DNA from: an uncultured bacterium
GTDB lineage: Bacteria; CSSED10-310; CAZUFC01
DNA length: 64,000 nt
Assembly (NCBI GenBank): GCA_964619725.1
Contig: CAZUFC010000008.1
Span: forward strand, 61,941 to 125,940
Reading direction: 5' to 3'
Translations under genes and position numbers: made by a program
In this document: piece by piece, positions 36,401 to 51,400 of the stretch
Layout: every line of letters starts with the position of its first letter
Position numbering within the stretch: the stretch's first letter is position 1
Notes under the pieces: model-generated
What the model saw: only the letters and a program-made list of their open reading frames with translations
Databases searched by the model: none
What the model was told of the DNA's origin: nothing

Positions 36401-39400
36401 CCATGCGGATTTGTAGGTACGCCGACACCGGCGACTCCCGTTCCGACTTTTACGCCCACGCCGATTGAGGGATGGAGCGACGATCCTTACGTAAATTTAA
36501 AACCAAGTTCTACTCAGCAATTCATTTATCAGCCTCAGCGCATCATACCCGACGGTACGGGTGGATATATCATTTTATGGAATTATGAAGGCAATTATTA
36601 TCCCTGGGGATTATATGCTCAGCGATTCAGTTCGCTCGGCGAGCGATTATGGGGACCGACGGGAGTACCCGTCTGCACGGACGGAGCTGAAAATTGGGGA
36701 TACAGATTGTGTTCGGACGGCGACGGCGGAGCGATATTCTTCTTTATGAAGTATCCCGATTCAACGAGCGAAATCTGGGGACAACGGCTTGATGCCTGGG
36801 GAGAGCCTCAATGGGGCGAGGGCGGAAAACGCATATCGCCGATTTACTTGAATGCTGAATGTCCGTGGGCAGTTCCTGACGGCGAAGGCGGAGCTTTCCT
36901 CGTATGGCAGGGCGACGGCAGTCATGTATATCGAATTGATTCTGACGGGGAGTCGGTATGGCCGGCGCCTTACAGTCTTCCCGGCATCGAAAGCTGGAAT
37001 TGCGTTAAAGTATCCAGTGACGATCAGGGCGGCGTTATTGTAAGCTGGGTCATACAAGACAGCGTAACGCAATATGATATATACGCTCAGAGGTTCACGG
37101 CTTCCGGATCGCCGCTTTGGGGAGAGGACGGCGTAGCCGTGTGCAATGCGGATTTGAATCAGTATTGTCCCCGCATCGTTCCTGACGGCGACGGCGGTTG
37201 CTATATTTGCTGGGAAGACCGCAGAAACAATACTTATAGTTGCGTCTACGCTCAACGGATTCTCCATGACGGAACAGAAGCCTGGTACGATAACGGATTA
37301 AGGATAACTCTCGGTACGCAGAACATGCACGGTCATGCGATCGTAACCGACGGCGACGGCGGAGCGATAATAACCTGGAAATCTGAAACGGACGATAACA
37401 TGTATGCCAGGCGAGTCGACGGATCGGGCAATGATGTCTGGGGAAATGCAAAGGCTTTGACGGACACGGGTACAGTCATTGATGTAACTTATTCTCCTTT
37501 TCAGACGGTAAGCGACAATGCGGGCGGCGCTATCGCTTTCTTCACCATGAACGCTCCTGAAAAAGGTCCCCAGGATGTGTATGCTCAGAGAATATCATCC
37601 CAGGGATATTTGCCGTGGGGAATGAACGGCGTGGTCCTAAGCTATCAGGACAACAACAGCGGCTTCTGCGTCCGCGGAACATCATGCGATACGAGCGGTG
37701 AGGGCGGCGCTCTGGCGTGCTGGACGATACGGACTCCTCAGAATGAAGGTTACCTTTTCGTTCAGGGAATCGATCTGGAGGGCAACCTGGGCGCGCCTTG
37801 TTCATTGGTGGGGACGCCGGGACCGACGCCATCGCCGACGCCGACGGTAGCGACGGTCTGGAGCACGGAAACGGACGAAAACCTGAGGGTTTCGGAAACA
37901 CAGGTGAACCAGTGGTCGCACAGAATAATCAGTGACGAATACGGCGGATACATCGTCGCATGGCAGGTTGATCCGGGCACGGGGACTCAATCCGATGTGT
38001 ATGCCCAGAAATTCAATCAAGACGGCAACAAACTATGGGGACCTGAAGGACTGTGCGTATCGGCCCATTCAGCCCGTCAGGAATTTCCGAAGGTCTGCAG
38101 CGACGGAGCCGGGGGAGCATTCTTTTTCTGGCAGGATGCCCGTACTGCAGGTTGGACGGCCTGGGAAATATGGGGTCAGCATGTTGCAGCAGACGGCACA
38201 TTGCTCTGGCCGGAACTCGGCATAAGAATATCGCAGCCCGGTATAAGGACCATATGTCCTTATGCGGTATCGGACGAACAGGGCGGCGCGTATGTCATTT
38301 GGCAGGATAACGATGTGGGTTCCTATTGCATCAGGATCAACAGTGAAGGCGATTGGCTGTGGGCGAATCCTGTTTCGCTGGCTTCAAACGGATGGGGCAA
38401 TAAACTGGAGAAGGACGGTCAGGGCGGAGTCATCCTGGCCTGGAATGAAGGCGTTATCGACAACAGAGACCTTTACGTTCAGAGATTGGCGCCCGACGGC
38501 TCTAAGTTGTGGGGAGAAAATCACCTGTGTATATGTCAGGCCGCCAATGATCAGACCTGTCCGCGAATTCTGCCGGACGGTTCCGGCGGAGCCATAGTAC
38601 ACTGGGTGGACAGCCGCACGGAACGACAGGCTTACCACCTTTACATGCAGAAAATCGAGGCTGACGGGACGGTATCCTGGACGACCGACGGCGTTTGCAT
38701 AACCACTGATTTTGCTTATTGGGGACATTCATTCGTTTCCGACGGAGCCGACGGCGCACTAGTTATCTGGATGAATGAAACCGAGGACAACATGTATGCC
38801 AAGCGGTTCGACTCGACCGGCGTTGAAGTGTGGCCTTCTGCCGTTCAATTGACTGATCACGGTTCGGTAGTCAACATGTCCTATTCGCCGTATCAGACCG
38901 TACCGGACGGTTTAGACGGCGGAATAGTTTTTTTCACGGTATATGACGATGTTGAACTAACTACAGAACTGACGGCGCAGCGTATTATGCCGGACGGAAC
39001 TCTTCCCTGGGGAATAAACGGGATAGTGTTAAGTTCTCATACGACAGGCGACAAGGACTGCGCCAGGGCCGTCTCCTGTTCCACGGGAGCCGGCGGAGCT
39101 CTGGTCTGCTGGCAGGACTATCGGACCGGCAACAGCGCCTTGCACCTGATGGGCATCAGTCCTGACGGCATTCCTGGCGATCCGTGCACTCAAATCGGCA
39201 CGGGTACGCCTACGCCCATGCCGCCGTCGCCCACTCCGACCGCTACTTTGCCTTCTGTCTGGAGCACGGACCCGGCTGAGAATCTGAGCGTATGCAAGAC
39301 GCAGCTCGATCACAGTTACGGACACCGCATCATTGAAGATGGAGAGGGCGGTTACATCATCGCCTGGTATTATCAAGGGGCAGTGTATTCTCAAGGTATT

Positions 39401-42400
39401 TACGCACAGAAATTCAACAGCCTGGGGAACAGAATGTGGGGTCCGAACGGCATACCGGTCTGTACGGAACCTGCTGAAAACTGGGGTTACAGGCTGTGTT
39501 CGGATGGAGCAGGCGGAGCCTTCTTCTTCTGGACGGACGATAGAACCAGCGGCATCCAGCAGATTTGGGGACAGCACATCTTAAGCGATGGAACGACTGC
39601 CTGGGTCGCTGACGGAAAACGTATCTCTCCTTACTGGAATGACAACGCATGGTGTCCGTGGTGCGCTCCCGACGGAACGGGAGGCGCTTTTGTCGTATGG
39701 CAGGGAGACGGTTCATTCGGCCAGAGAATCGATGCAGAAGGAAACACGCTATGGTCGCAACCCGTTCAATTTACGACAAACAAGAATTACGGCAGCCTGA
39801 AAGTCATCAACGACGGTGAAGGCGGCGCTTTAATGACTTGGATCGACTATGACGAGACGACTAACGACGACATATTTGCGCAGAAAATATCGCCGGAGGG
39901 AACGGGACTCTGGGGACCGAATGGAATAAGCATTTGCCGGGCGACCAACAGGCAGCAGTGCCCGCGACTGATATCCGACGGAGAAGGCGGCGGATTATTC
40001 CTGTGGAGCGATTACAGGTATAACAACCAGTATCAAATTTACATACAGAAAGTTCTAAGCGACGGGACCATAATATGGAAACCCGACGGCGTGCAATTGA
40101 CTTTTTATGACACTTTTTCAGGATATAAGCATTCGTTGGTTCCGGACGGAACCGGCGGAGCCGTTGTAACCTGGCATGACGACACGGACAACAATATGTA
40201 CGCCCGGCGTCTGGACGGTTCAGGATTCGATCCCTGGGGAGGCCGATTCGCGTTGACGAACCTGAGCCAGGTTACGGACATGGCTTATTCGCCCTACCAT
40301 ACTTTAAGCGACAATGCGGGCGGGGCTATTGTTCTTTTTCAGGCTTATAATGAAACAGAGGAACGAAATGAAGCTGTAGCTCAAAGGATAACCAACGGCG
40401 GAGCATTACCGTGGGGAGATAATGGTGTAGCGTTATGCACGACGGATACCTCGGATTCGTGCATACGCGGAGCGACCTGCTCATATGGCGAGGGCGGAGT
40501 ATTAAGTCTGTTCAGAGATTGGCGTAACGGCGAGGATGCTTTATACGTCATGGGGATCGACATTAACGGCCTATTAGGCGATCCATGTTCTGCCGTGGGC
40601 ACTCAGACGCCTGTGCCGAATACTCCGACGCCGACGCCTGTTCCTACTACGGCATGGGAGACTGATCCTTCGGTTAATATCAAATTGACCGAGGCGACGA
40701 TTAAACAGGAAAGTCACAGAATCATTTCTGATGGGTACGGGGGCTATATAGTTTCCTGGCATGAAGAGGTTACGACGCCTAACTGGAATGAGGATGTTTA
40801 TATGCAGAGATTCAACGCGGACGGCAATCGCATGTGGGGCCCGGAAGGGGTCGTCGTTTGCTCGGCTTCGAGAAGGCAGGTATACGCCAAGATAAGTCCC
40901 GACGGAGCCGGCGGAGCTTTCTGTTTCTGGCAGGACGACCGCAATACGGCCGATTATCATTGGGAAATATGGGGACAGCATATAGCTCCTGACGGTACGG
41001 CATTATGGAAAGAAAACGGAATCAAAATATCGACGACCACCGGTCAATGTTATTGTCCTTATACGGTGACGGATACGCAAGGCGGAGCTTACGTTATATG
41101 GGGCGACGGAACGGACGGTTGTCACTGTCTGCGAATCAACGGAGCCGGCGAATGGGTCTGGACGAATCCCGTTTATCTGGGAATCAGCGACTGGGGCATT
41201 AAAATACGACCGGACGGATTCGGCGGCGCCATAATGACGTGGGTTGAAACCAGAGGAGACACTGGAAGCGATATTTATGTCCAGAGACTGGCTCCCGATG
41301 GAACGAAACTATGGGGCGCCGACGATCTGTGTATCTGCCAGGCGCCGAATTCGCAATACTGCAACCGCATACTGACTGACGGAGCAGGCGGCGCTTTCTT
41401 CCACTGGATAGATCGAAGAGATAATCTGGCGGATATGCTCTACATGCAGAAAGTAGAAAGCGACGGCACGATTTCCTGGGCTGCTGACGGGATATGCGCT
41501 TATAACGGAAACGCCTATTCCGGGCATGACTTCGTTTCCGACGGCAGCGACGGTTTCATATTGACATGGTTTGCCGAGGATGAAGGAAATGTTTACGCAC
41601 AGCGATTCGACTCGACGGGAGCCGCTGTGTGGACTGCAGATTTAATGCTGACAGATCACGGAATGGTTGACAGTTATTCATATTCGCCCGATCAAACGGT
41701 TTCCGATGGACTGGACGGCGGCATAACCTTTTTCACTGTCTATGACGACGTCGAATTACGTTATGAAATAATCGCTCAGCGCGTTACTCCTGACGGAACG
41801 CTGCCGTGGGGTATAAACGGAATTGCTTTATGCGATCAGGCAGAGGGATCGAGAGAATGCGCCCGCGGCATTTCATGTTCAACCGGAGGCGGCGGCGCAT
41901 TGGGCTGCTGGAATGACACTAGAGACGGGGATATGGCTATTTACCTGATGGGGATTAACCATAACGGGGATCTGGGCGATCCTTGTTCGGCGCTGGGCAC
42001 TCCCACGCCTGTAACTCCGTCGCCGACTCCCACAGTCACGGTTCCCTCAGTATGGAGCACGGACCCCGACGTCAATTTGCCGGTATGCAAGACGCAGATG
42101 AATCATAATTATTCGCAGAGAATTGTGTCTGACGGCCTCGGAGGATACATAGTATTCTGGAATTATGACGGCGGCATGGACGACGAAGGATTGTACGCTC
42201 AAAGATTCAATGAACTGGGCAACAGAATGTGGGGTCCCAACGGAATACCCGTTTGCACGGAACCAACGATGAACTGGAGTTTCAGATTATGCGCGGACGG
42301 ATCAGGCGGCGCCTTTTTCTTCTGGTGTGATATGCGGCATTACGTGCAGCTTCAAACCTATCAAATCCGGGGACAGCACATAAACGTTAACGGTGAGATT

Positions 42401-45400
42401 CAATGGGCTGAAAACGGCGTGCAGATTTCTCCTTCCTGGATGGAAGTATATTGTCCCTGGTGCGTGAGAGATGAAGAGGGGGGCGTCTATGTGGTCCTTC
42501 AGGAAGACGATGGCCTGAATTACTGCCAGAGAGTAAACTCGGACGGAGAGACAGTATGGCCGTATCCAGTAGAAATCGGCGGCGATGAATGGGGCGGAAC
42601 TAAACCTGTCCCGGACGGTTCTGGCGGCGTCATTCTAACCTGGGACAACGGTTCCAGCGACATTTATGCTCAACGGATCGATGCGAACGGAAACAGGCTT
42701 TGGGGAGAAAACGGCATCCCGGTATGCATAGCGGCCGGAGAACAACGTTGTCCGCGAATCATCAGGGATGGTATCGGCGAAGCGATCATATTGTGGAAGG
42801 ATAATCGGCACTCTGGATATGAAGTTCTTTACATGCAGAAAGTCCTGAGCGACGGTAGTTTCGCCTGGGGATTGGACGGAATACGAGTAACTCCGATGAG
42901 CAACGTGGATATGGGTTATCTGCTGGTTCCTGATGCAGAGGACGGCGTGATAGTGACCTGGAAATCCGCAGATGACGGCAACATGTATGCGAGGCGGATA
43001 GATGAATACGGCTGGGACGTCTGGGGCGGTCCCATATCATTGACTGACCACGGTCAATGCCTGGACCCCACCTGGTCTCCTTATCAAACGGTACCCGATA
43101 ATGCCGGCGGCGCTATAACGCTGTTCACCTACTATAATGAAACGGAGGACAGAGAAGAAATAGCGGCGCAGAGAGTCGCTGCAGGCGGCGGTTTGCCGTG
43201 GGGCATGAACGGTCTTGTATTGAGTACGCATGCTGAAGATTGGGGCTCCTGTCCTCGCGGCGCTGCGTGTTTATCCGGGTCAGGAGGAGTCCTGGCTCTA
43301 TGGAGAGACGAGCGCGAAGGAGAGCCGGTCTTGTATCTGATGGGGATAGACATTAACGGGAATCTCGGCGCTCCCTGCGGCGAAATCGGCTCTCCGACGC
43401 CTGAAATACCGACGCCTACGCCCACGCCGACAATCGTGACGACGACCGTATGGAGCGTGGATACGACTGAGAACCTGCAGGTTACCGATTCCGAGAATCC
43501 GCAGTGGAGTCACAGGATCATAAAAGACGGTTACGGCGGATATATCGTGGTGTGGTATGAAGAACCGGGAGGCTCCGGATACGATATCTACGCACAGCGA
43601 TTCAACCAGTACGGCAATCGCATGTGGGGCGACAGCGGCGTTCCCGTTTGCACGGTCGGCGCCCACCAGATATATCCGAGAGTGAGTCCTGACGGAGGCG
43701 GAGGAGCCATCATTACATGGCAGGATTACAGGAACAGTTCGAATTGCGAAATTTGGGGACAGAGAATCGGACCTGATGGAGTTCCTTTGTGGAGAGAAAA
43801 CGGCATACGCATATCGCAGGAGGGAATTGAAGCCTATTGTCAGTTCATGGACCACGACGGACAGGACGGCGCTTACGTCATATGGCAACTGGACGGCTCC
43901 GGCACGCAATGTATGAGAATAAACGGCGCAGGAGAATATCTATGGGCAGAACCTCTGGAACTCAATACTTCGGGAGAATCGGCCAAAATCGTTGCGGACG
44001 GAACGGGAGGCGCTATAGTAACCTGGTATGAAACGAGAGGAACGACATACGCCGACATTTACGCGCAGCGCTTGACGTCCGACGGAACGAAACTTTGGGG
44101 AGAAAGCGATCTTCTCATATGCGATGCAGACAATAACCAGGGTTGTCCCCGGTTGATAGCCGACGGGTCTGGCGGGGCATTGTTCCTGTGGACTGATCCT
44201 AGAGACGGAGCGACTCATAAGCTTTACATGCAAAAAGTTTCTTCGGACGGCAACATAGCCTGGACGGAAGACGGCATTTGCGTATTTGACGGAGGAAACA
44301 ATAACCATGCCTTCGTTTCTGACGGAACAGGCGGCGCGTTTGTCACGTGGCGCTCAACTGCAGATCAGAATATGTACGCTAAACGTATCGACAGCCTTGG
44401 AGTGGATGCCTGGCCTGCATCCGTGCAGTTAACCGATCACGGCAATGTATCGAATGTCTCCTGGTCGCCTCACCAGACTGTTTCAGACGGAATGAACGGC
44501 GCTGTAACCTTCTTCACGGTATATGACGACGTCAATTTAATTTACGAGGTAACTGCGCAGCGTGTGACGGACGACGGAAGCATGCCGTGGGGCATCAACG
44601 GCGTGGTTTTGGGCAACAATGACTTGGCTTCGCCGGAATGCGCACGCGGCGTATCTTGCTCCACGGGAGGAGGCGGCGCCCTGGCCTGCTGGCCTGACCA
44701 ACGGGACGGCTATTATGAGATTTACGTCATGGGCGTCAATCTCGACGGCGTTGTGGGCGATCCCTGCTCTGCTGTCGGAACGCCTACGCCGGTTACTCCT
44801 TCTCCGACCCCGACGGCCACGATACCTTCGGTCTGGAGTACAGACCCAGATGAAAATTTAAGCGTAGCTAAAACGCTGTTGAATCAGGACCGCGGCCAAC
44901 GAGTCATTTCCGACGGATTGGGAGGTTGGATCACGACTTTCTATTACCGCGGCAACAATCAACCCAAAGGAGTTTACGCTCAGAAATTCAACGAACTCGG
45001 CAACCGCATGTGGGGACCGAACGGGACGCCTCTCTGCTACAGCGATGAGGCGAGTTGGAGTTTCAGGATGACTCCAGACGGCACGGGAGGGGCCATTTTC
45101 TTCTGGACCGAGTACAGCTATCCCGAATATTCCTACATATGGTCTCAGCGGCTTGACGCCGACGGCGATCCGATGTGGTCCGGCAAAGGCGTCAGGATAT
45201 CGCCTTACTGGTTGGAAGCTTCCTGTCCGTGGCCTGTTCCTGACGGAGAAGGCGGCGCATACGTCGTTTATCAGGCGGACGATATGGGGGCTTATTGTCA
45301 GAGAATCAGTTCTTCCGGTGAATTGTTGTGGGGTTCAGGCGTTGTGCTCGGATTTCATTATTGGCCGGCGCCCAAGATATGGAGCGACGGTGAAGGCGGA

Positions 45401-48400
45401 ATTTTAACGACCTGGGTTGAAAATGACGAGAATGAAGACGAAGACATTTACGCTCAGAAACTGGACCCCTACGGTAATAAACTTTGGGGAGCCGAAGGAA
45501 TATGCATATGTGCGGCAGAAGGCGAGCAATATTGTCCTCAAGTCATTAACGACGAAGCCGGAGGAGGTTTGTTCCTCTGGACAGATGATCGAGAAGGCAT
45601 TTACGACAAGCTTTACATGCAACGGGTAACGGCTGACGGGACGGCAGCCTGGACTGAAGATGGGGTATGCGTATTTTACGATCGTACGGACAGTTACGGA
45701 CATGCCTTTGTTCCTGACGGATACGGCGGAGCGGTCGTCACCTGGATGTATGAAGGCGATGCCAACATGTATGCCAGGCGCATCGACGTTAACGGTCAGG
45801 ATGTATGGGGCGGTTCCATCCCCATAACGGACCACGGCGCTGTTCTGGATGTTTCAGACTCGCTTTACAAGACGGTTACGGACGGAGGCGGCGGAGCCAT
45901 AGCATTTTATACCTATGATAATGCAGCCGAAGACCGTTATGAAGTCGTCGCTCAGCGCGTGTCTATCGATGGAGGATTGCCCTGGGGTATGAACGGAGTT
46001 ACTCTGAGCACCCACGGCAAAAATTGGGGTTCATGCGTGCGGGGAGCGGCCTGCGTTGACGATGAGGGCGGCGCACTGGCCATATGGCTGGATGAACGGG
46101 AAGGTTCAGGAGCGTCCTATGTGATGGGAATCAATTATGAAGGAGTCCTGGGCGACCCGTGTTCGCTGCTTCCCACAGCGACGCCGACAATGACCCCGAC
46201 GGTTACTCTAACGCCTACACCGACTCTTTCGCCGACGGCGACGTTGAGTCCGACGGCGAGTCCTACGCGGACTCCGACGCCGGCATCAACGTATACGGCG
46301 ACGCCGACGCCGCTGGGAACGAAATCGCCGACGCCTACTCCCACGAGTTCTCCCACACCTGCACCTGATCTGATCATACGCAGTCAGGACGTGGGATTCG
46401 ATCCGACTTATCCCGAAGAAGGCGAAATCGTGCTTATCAGCGCGACCGTGCATAACGTGGGCAATGCCGCAAGCGGCGCTTTTAAGGTAAGGTTCTTTGC
46501 GGATTACGGTTTCGGACCGGTTCAGATCGGCACCGACAAGACGGCGGGACCGTTGAATCCGGGACAGTCGCAGACAGTAACGGAAACCTGGTCGGTAGTA
46601 TGCGATATGACTATTTCGGCACAGGCGGACATACTGAACCAGGTGATGGAACTGAATGAAATGAACAATACCGGCATCAGAACGGTACCGATTCTGTATT
46701 GTCCTGAAGAGGTATCGTTGAGCATCGCTCCGGACAGCCGGAACATCGGAGTAAGCGGAGAAACGGAATTTACGGTTACGGTGGAAAACGGCAATCTGGG
46801 TCCGGATACGTTCGACCTGGAACTGTCGGGAGCCCTGCCGCAGTCGTGGGTTACGCTTGAGCCGAATCCGATGACGCTGAACGCCGGCGAAACCGGCGAG
46901 GCGACGCTGACGGTCAGCGTACCGAGCGAGTGTTACGTGATAGGAACGTATCCTTTTGAAATTACGGGGACCTCGCAACAGATGACCGAAGATTACAGCG
47001 ACGATGCGACGCTGGAAGTCGTCAGCGACGTTCAGGCGACTCAGCGGAATCCTGCGGACGGAACGACCACGGGCAGCCGAGATGTAATGTTCAGTTGGCA
47101 GACATCGGTACCGGCCGATTCATGGCTGTATTACCGGAAACTGGGGGATACGGAATGGATCGAAACCGCTGTATCCGTCGAAACGACGGTTCATCAATGG
47201 GAAATTGAGGACCTGGATAGAAACGAGACTTACGAGTGGTATGTGCATCTGGAGTCTTTATGCGGCGACGGAGATTCCTCAACATGGACCTTTACGGTCG
47301 GAAACGGCGTGGTCTTTACTCAGGACTCTTACACATTCTACGTGGAAAGAGATTACGATCAGCATGTGTGGGTCGGGGTTCACAATGAAGACGTGGTGAG
47401 TCACACGGCTGAACTCAGCATCGACAACCCCAATGAGGAACTGATCGTCAACTTTGTCGGACCGGGAAGCGAAGAAGAAACCATAATACTGGCTCCGGGC
47501 GAAACCCGGAACGTTGAATTGGTGATACACGCGCAGGACGTCGAACCTGATTCGGGCAAACCTGATGAGATATGTTTCGATAATCTTCTGCTGTCTCTGA
47601 CTGCGGATGAGGAAGGAACGCCGATAACCGATACGGCGCCGACGACGATTTGCGTGCAGTGGCCGGACATCAATTTTGCTTTGACTGAAGAGTCTGCAGA
47701 CCCGGTTACCCTGGTCAAGACATGCCGGGTAACTAACAACGGCGATCCGTTGACCGACCTTTCCGTGACGTCTCAGGGCGACCTGCTGGGACGCGTACTG
47801 TTCATACCGCGGATCGATCATTACAGGCTTGACGGATCGGGCGACTATATCGATTTCTATGCGGAACCGGTATTCCAGCCCGGAGATACGACGCTTTCAG
47901 GCGACCTGGCGGCAGATGCAGCGGGCGTTCAGGATATATTGCCCGTGACGTTCGATTGCGAAGCGCCCCGTTCCGTATACGAAGTGACCGTGGCTGAGCC
48001 CGAACTCTGTTACTCCATGGCTAACTGGTTCTGCACGAACCGGCCCGTAATATCCATGACTTTTGAAGTGACGGTAGGGCTGGAAGAAATAGAAACAGCC
48101 GTAATTTACACGACCTTCGTGCCGCATTCAGGAGTACGGCCTCACTTCGTCGACCTTCACATCAACGGCAACCTTATCGGAGAACTGAATGACATCATAC
48201 CCGACGGAACATACGGGTTCGCTTTCGATCCGGGATATCTGAACATCAGTCCCGGAGGCACGGCGTCCAATACATTCTCAATCCACACCACGCATCTGAA
48301 CGGCGGACATTATGTGGTTTCAACCGATTCACTGGCGGTTCTGACGCTGGGCTCCACGACGCTCTACGTCTGTGCGGACGACCAGGAACAGGCGGACGAT

Positions 48401-51400
48401 ATAGCGCCGACGTTGCCTCAATTCTGCGAAGGGTATACCTTCGATCTTAATCCTCGCGTGCAGTCGGTCAGTATTCTGAATTCTGCGGAAGAACCATGCA
48501 ATGTTTTCTACCCGGGCGAAACCGCCAAGATAAAAGTCAGGGCTGAGAATCCTCATCCCTTCTACAATTACGATGCGACTTATACGCTCAAGATCGATAC
48601 GGACGGCGACACGGGAACAGCGGAATACGACAGTCACCTGGAGGCTGAGGACTGGATAACCAGCCTGCCTCATAACGCTGACGTTTATCACACGTGGGAT
48701 TGGACTGTACCGGCGGGCGCTCCCGACATTCAACTGACGGTCGAGGCGCATGAAACGGCCGATTATGGAAATTGCTGGCATTGTCCGGGATGGAACTGGA
48801 CCTTCCATGTCGGCGGCGGCATAACGGGTTATGTGCGTGAAGCCGGAACGCTGGCGCCGATACCAGGAGCCTCTGTCACCGCAACGGGCGGTTATTCCGA
48901 TCCTGGCGGAAGCGCGGCCGACGGATACTATGAGATTCACCGCATACCGAACGGAACGTATGACGTGACGGCCGGAGCGGCGGGATACGTGCCTGCGACG
49001 TTGACGGGATTGACCGTGGCGAGCGAGATACTGACGAACCAGGATTTCGAGCTGGTAACGCCGTCAGCGACGCCGACGCCTACCATAACCGACACTCCGA
49101 CGCAATCGCCGACTCCCACGATTACCGCTACGCCGACTTTGAGTTCGACTCCCACCGTATCGCCGACAGGAACGTTGACGCCTTCGCCGACCGATTCTCC
49201 GATACCGACGCAATCGCCTACCATAACAAACACGCCTACTGCGACGCTGACGCCCACGGCCACATTGTCTCCCACCGTCACCATAAGTCCCACCTATACG
49301 CCGACCCACTATACGGCTACTCCTACAGTGACCGTGACGCCCACTTATTCCCCCACGCGAACGCCCACGCCGCTTTCTACCGACACTCCGACCCCCACGC
49401 CAATGGGAACCAAAACTCCTTCGCCTACTCCGACCAGTTCGCCGACGCCGGCTCCCGACCTGGTTATCAGAAACCAGGATATCGAGTTTAATCCTGAGTA
49501 TCCGGAAGAAACAGAGACCGTTACGGTTTCCGCCACGGTTCATAATTTCGGCAACGCTTCCTGCGGCGGTTTCACCGTTCGCTTCTACGCAGATGACGGT
49601 TCGGGACCGGTGCAGATCGGTTCGGACCAGGCTGTCGGACCGTTGAATCCGGGCGATTCGCACATGGTATCCGAAACCTGGACAGCGGTTTGCGATACGG
49701 TTATTTCGGCTGAAGCGGACGTCCTGGATGAGGTGATGGAATCCAACGAATTCAACAATTCAGGGGCCCGAACAGCTCCGATCAAGTATTGTCCGGATGC
49801 GGTAACTTTAAGCGTGGAACCTGAATACATCGATGCAGACGTCGGCAGCGAGGTTGAGTTCACTGTTTACGTGGATAACGGGAACCTGGGTCCGGATACG
49901 TTCGATCTGGAAATTACGGGTTCGTTGCCCGAAAGCTGGTATGTGCTTGAACCCGACCCGCTTAACCTCAATGCCGGCCAGGTGGGAGAAGCAGTCCTTA
50001 CGGTGACCGTACCCAACGATTGCGGCGCGATCGATGCTTATCCCTTCCAGATCACCGGAACTTCCTTCGAATTGGGAATGGATTACACGGATGACGGTAT
50101 GCTTGAAGTGATGTCAGAAGTATTGATAACCCAGAGGAATCCCGGCAACGGAACAACCACCGGAAGTCGCGACGTATCCTTCAGTTGGCGGACATCAGCC
50201 CTGTCCGATTCCTGGTTGTATTACCGGGCCGTCGGTTCGGGAAGCTGGATCGAAGTTCCCGTCGCCGTTAACTCTATGAGTCACTCGACGGAACTGGAAG
50301 GACTTGAAAGAAACATTACTTACAACTGGTTCATCTACATCAATTCGCTTTGCGGAAACACCACTTCGCCCATATGGATGTTCACCGTTGGAAACGGCGT
50401 CGTTTTCACACAGGATAATTACTCGTTCACCGTGGAACGCGATTACGACCAACATGTCTGGGTGGGCGTCCACAATGAGGATGTGGTCAGTCACGACGTG
50501 CAGCTTCACATCGATAATCCGAACGACGATCTGATCGTCAACTTCGTCGGTCCGGGCAGCGAGGACGAAAGCATAACCCTGGCCGCTGGAGAAACCCGCG
50601 ACGTCGAACTGGTGATCCATGCCCAGGATGTGGGCAATGAAGGCGACAGCAAACCCGAACAAATCTGTTACGACAATATCGTCCTTTACCTGACCGCAGA
50701 CGAAGGCGAAGACCCCATAACGGACACCGCTCCGACGACCATATGCGTGCAGTGGCCTGACATCAATTTCGTAGTGTCCGAACAGAACGAAGACCCGCTC
50801 ACCCTGGTCAAGACATGCCGCGTGACCAACTACGGCGATGCCTTGACCGACCTGTCGGTTACGGGAGAAGGCGGACTGCTCGGCAGGGTCCTTTTTATTC
50901 CTCGCATCGACCATTATAAGCTGAATTCGGGAGCGCATATCGACTTTTATGCCGAACCGATGTTCCAGATGGGCGACACGTATCTGTCGGGCGATCTCGT
51001 CGGCGAATCTGCGGGAGTGCAGGATATTCTGCCGGTTACCTGGGAATGCGAATCGCCGAAATCGGTGTATGAAGTCGTGGTGGCCGAACCTGAACTGTGT
51101 TACTCCATGGCCAACTGGTTCTGCACGAACAGACCCGTCATTTCGATGACCTTCGAGATCAGCGTCGGCATGCAGGATATAGAAACGGCAGTCGTCTACA
51201 CTACTTTCATTCCTCATTCAGGCGTCAGACCCCACTTCGTCGACTTGTACATCAACGGCAACTGGATCGCTGAATTGAACGATATCATCCCCAGCGGAAC
51301 ATACGGTTTCGCCTTCGATCCGGCCTACTTGAACGTGAATCCCGGCGGCACCGCCTCCAACACCTTCTCAATGCATACGACTCACCTCAATGGAGGACAC

